A stretch of 30,395 nucleotides of DNA, from IMG/VR virus record IMGVR_UViG_3300044297_000019, positions 1 to 30,395 of that record. One strand, 5' to 3'. A program made the position numbers and the translations under genes. Below, piece after piece: positions 27,923 to 30,395 of this stretch. Below the pieces are notes generated by a model. That model worked only from the letters and a program-made list of their open reading frames with translations, was not told the DNA's origin and did no database searches. Origin of the DNA: a virus (taxonomy: Duplodnaviria > Caudoviricetes). Within the stretch, counting starts at the first letter, position 1, and every line of letters begins with the position of its first letter.

Positions 27923-28254
27923 TGGCAACGGTATATAAAGTTCTTGGTCAATCAGCGCCTAGCGCTACCACAGCGACAACGCTCTATACAGTTCCTGCCG
28001 CAACCTCGACGGTTGTCTCAAGCATTAACGTAGTAAACACTGGCGCATCTACTGCTGACACTATCCGCATAGCAATTCGTCCAGCGGGTGCAGCGTTAGC
28101 CAGCCAGCACTACATTGTCTACGGTCTTTCACTTGCTGCTGGTGCTACATTTACCTACACAGGTGGAATTACTTTGGCCACAACAGATGTTGTGACGATT
28201 TATTCAACGACAGGTACAAGTTCATTCTCAGCATTCGGAAGCGAGATAGCATAA
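27922..28254 (+). CDS. Small beta-rich tail/appendage protein
   Basis: MATVYKVLGQ...TLYTVP...SAFGSE; TAATG coupling at 27922. Confidence 0.65.
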   Translation: MATVYKVLGQSAPSATTATTLYTVPAATSTVVSSINVVNTGASTADTIRIAIRPAGAALASQHYIVYGLSLAAGATFTYTGGITLATTDVVTIYSTTGTSSFSAFGSEIA

Positions 28255-28255
28255 A

Positions 28256-28669
28256 ATGACAGTCGGTATAACTCCTAATCCAACTACAGTAGGACCAACA
28301 GGTCCGACAGGACCAACGGGTAGCACAGGAACTACAGGTGCTACAGGACCAACAGGTCCAGTCCTTGCTGGTTTCTCAGCGCAGGTAGCCTCTTACACTT
28401 TGGCTGCTGGTGATGTTAATAAATTAGTTACTGTATCTAATGCTTCTGCAAATACTGTCACTGTACCTCCGTCAGTCTTTAGCGCTAACGATGTCATCAA
28501 CGTACAGCAAATTGGCGCAGGTCAGACTTCATTTGCTGCTGGCGCAGGTGTAACTATCACCTCAACTGGTGCAACCGCTGCTGCTCCTAAACTGCGGGCG
28601 CAGTACTCGTCAGCATCTGTTATCTGTACAGCAAGCAATACGTTTACGATTGTGGGTGACATTTCCTAA
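28256..28669 (+). CDS. Short collagen + fibre C-terminal domain protein
   Basis: Seven GXY triplets followed by a domain paralogous to the C-terminus of 27101-27922. Confidence 0.7.
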   Translation: MTVGITPNPTTVGPTGPTGPTGSTGTTGATGPTGPVLAGFSAQVASYTLAAGDVNKLVTVSNASANTVTVPPSVFSANDVINVQQIGAGQTSFAAGAGVTITSTGATAAAPKLRAQYSSASVICTASNTFTIVGDIS

Positions 28670-29262
28670 TGACACCAATTCTAGGAATTATCGCTTCAAG
28701 CATTAGTGGAAGTATTTCAAATAACTCTTTTGAATCTATTGCTACAGTAACCGTAGGCTCTGGAGGAACTTCAGAAGTAACATTTAGTTCCATACCAAGC
28801 ACTTACACACATCTTCAAATTAGATGGCTTGCTCGTGGTTCTTCTTCTGGAAGCGACCAAGGTTCTTTGGCAATTCGTGTTGGCAATGGTTCTGTTGATA
28901 CTGGTTCTAATTATGCTCGCCACGCTTTAGAAGGAAATGGAGCAAGTGCATCGTCTGGAGCAAGTACAAGTCAAACATACGCAACAATCGCCAACATCCC
29001 ACGCAATACTTACGACTCTGGAATGTTCGGAGCAGGTGTTGTAGATGTTTTAGATTACGCAAACGGCAATAAATACAAAACATTTCGCACACTAGGTGGA
29101 AACGATACAAACAATACAGGAACAGAAAAAGGAATTGTGAGCCTTTATTCAGGGTTATGGATGAGTACATCTGCGATTAACACAATAAAATTTTCTGTTT
29201 CAGGATTTACACAAAGTCTTGCTCAGTATTCACATTTTGCACTATACGGAATAAAATCGTGA
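28669..29262 (+). CDS. Putative receptor-binding/fibre-tip protein, paralog 1
   Basis: FESIAT...VTFSSIPSTYTHL...YGIK. Confidence 0.6.
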   Translation: MTPILGIIASSISGSISNNSFESIATVTVGSGGTSEVTFSSIPSTYTHLQIRWLARGSSSGSDQGSLAIRVGNGSVDTGSNYARHALEGNGASASSGASTSQTYATIANIPRNTYDSGMFGAGVVDVLDYANGNKYKTFRTLGGNDTNNTGTEKGIVSLYSGLWMSTSAINTIKFSVSGFTQSLAQYSHFALYGIKS

Positions 29263-29299
29263 GGATGATAACTATGACATTTATTAAGGTAGGTGCATA

Positions 29300-29824
29300 A
29301 TGGCTTCAACATACGAACCGATTGCAACGACAACTCTTTCAAGCGCACAATCTAGCGTTACTTTTTCGTCAATAAGTGGAAGTTATACGGATTTGGTTTT
29401 AGTTGTTCAGGGTAGATTTGATAGTGCTAATACTATTCGAGAAATCGGTTTCAGATTTAATGGTGACTCTGGAACTAATTATTCTTCCACTAGGATAAGT
29501 GGGGATGGTTCAACCGCATCTTCTGACAGGCTTACAAATTTTAACAATATGAGATTTGGTGTGCTGCCAGCAGCAAACGCAACCGCAAGTCAGTTGGGCG
29601 ATGCTATTTTTCACCTTCAAAATTACAGTAATAGCACTACATATAAAACCGTTTTGAATAGAACAAACTATGCTGGTTCTGGCGGTTGGACTGTTGCATC
29701 TGTTGGTTTATGGAGAGACACTTCCGCTATTACATCGATTCGTATTGCTATTTCAGAAACACAAACAGGAAATTTCATTTCAGGCTCTACTTTCACTCTT
29801 TACGGAATAAAGGCATTTGCCTGA
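29300..29824 (+). CDS. Putative receptor-binding/fibre-tip protein, paralog 2
   Basis: YEPIAT...VTFSSISGSYTDL...YGIK. Confidence 0.6.
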   Translation: MASTYEPIATTTLSSAQSSVTFSSISGSYTDLVLVVQGRFDSANTIREIGFRFNGDSGTNYSSTRISGDGSTASSDRLTNFNNMRFGVLPAANATASQLGDAIFHLQNYSNSTTYKTVLNRTNYAGSGGWTVASVGLWRDTSAITSIRIAISETQTGNFISGSTFTLYGIKAFA

Positions 29825-29830
29825 TATAAT
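29822..29830 (+). promoter_or_regulatory. Extended -10 promoter for a leaderless HNH transcript
   Basis: TG-A-TATAAT, then 5 nt, then ATG; no Shine-Dalgarno. Confidence 0.6.
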
Positions 29831-29835
29831 TTCTT

Positions 29836-30390
29836 ATGCCATATAAAAATCATTATCCTTGTGGGGTAGATGGTTGCGAAAAATCTCGCAAAGAACGAGG
29901 ACTTTGTTCAATGCACGCAAAGCGTCTACGCATACACGGGGACATTGCAAAAGTTTTACCCAGAGGAAACTTCAGTAAATACAAACATTGCACTATCGGT
30001 CAGTGTAAAAAACCACATATTGCTAAAGGTATGTGTCAGATGCACTATCGCAGAGTTGCTTTGTATGACCATCCCGAAGCAATATCATCATCTGGATATG
30101 CTGTTTTAGAAGGTGGATATATTTCACTTCACCTTCCTAATCACCCTATGGCAAACAAAAGTGGAAATGTATATGAACATCGTTTGGTAATGGCAGAACA
30201 TATTGGTAGATGGTTACACAAAGGTGAATCGGTGCATCATAAGAACGGCAATCGTAAAGATAATAGAATTAAAAACCTAGAATTATGGAGTAAAGCCCAA
30301 CCAGCGGGACAGAGAGTAGAGGATAAAGTGAAATACGCAATAGAAATCCTAGAGCAGTATGCTCCTGATAAGTTGGCCAAGGAGATATAA
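29836..30390 (+). CDS. Free-standing HNH homing endonuclease with two N-terminal C3H zinc motifs
   Basis: [13 protein letters not shown]...[18 protein letters not shown]; two C-x4-C-x9-C-x2-H repeats. Confidence 0.9.
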   Translation: MPYKNHYPCGVDGCEKSRKERGLCSMHAKRLRIHGDIAKVLPRGNFSKYKHCTIGQCKKPHIAKGMCQMHYRRVALYDHPEAISSSGYAVLEGGYISLHLPNHPMANKSGNVYEHRLVMAEHIGRWLHKGESVHHKNGNRKDNRIKNLELWSKAQPAGQRVEDKVKYAIEILEQYAPDKLAKEI

Positions 30391-30395
30391 TGGCA

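Noticed and set aside
28669-29824. Diversity-generating retroelement target/template pair
   Set aside because: The paralogs diverge at all bases rather than only at adenines; no reverse transcriptase in the window

Overview
A 30.4-kb segment of a lytic tailed dsDNA phage with podovirus-like architecture: no tape measure or tail-tube operon is seen, but there are large internal/ejection-type proteins. The host is probably an actinobacterium (inference). Three modules are present. (1) 1-2899 (+) is the end of a replication/middle operon: resolvase-like fragment, split primase, Nmad1/DUF1599-like protein, PD-(D/E)XK-like protein, sigma-like factor and FmdB-type zinc ribbon. (2) 2948-5870 (-) is an early operon of many tiny genes plus a lytic transglycosylase. 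It is driven by a near-consensus sigma70 promoter and punctuated by a complete type II hammerhead ribozyme and a long RNA stem-loop. (3) 6601-30395 (+) is the late/morphogenesis region: HTH-fused large terminase, portal, 1755-aa and other internal virion proteins, scaffold, major capsid, a cluster of very basic microproteins, a Gly-X-Thr collagen fibre next to a GT2-TPR glycosyltransferase, adaptor, modular tail fibre genes and an inserted HNH endonuclease. The main unexplained signals are the ribozyme and hairpin mRNA-processing pair, probable overprinted genes, a pseudoknotted leader before the scaffold/capsid genes, a possible capsid stop-hop, a putative virion O-glycosylation module, and apparent absence of GATC, AGCT, CATG and CCGG. 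All calls come from reading motifs by eye; no searches were run.
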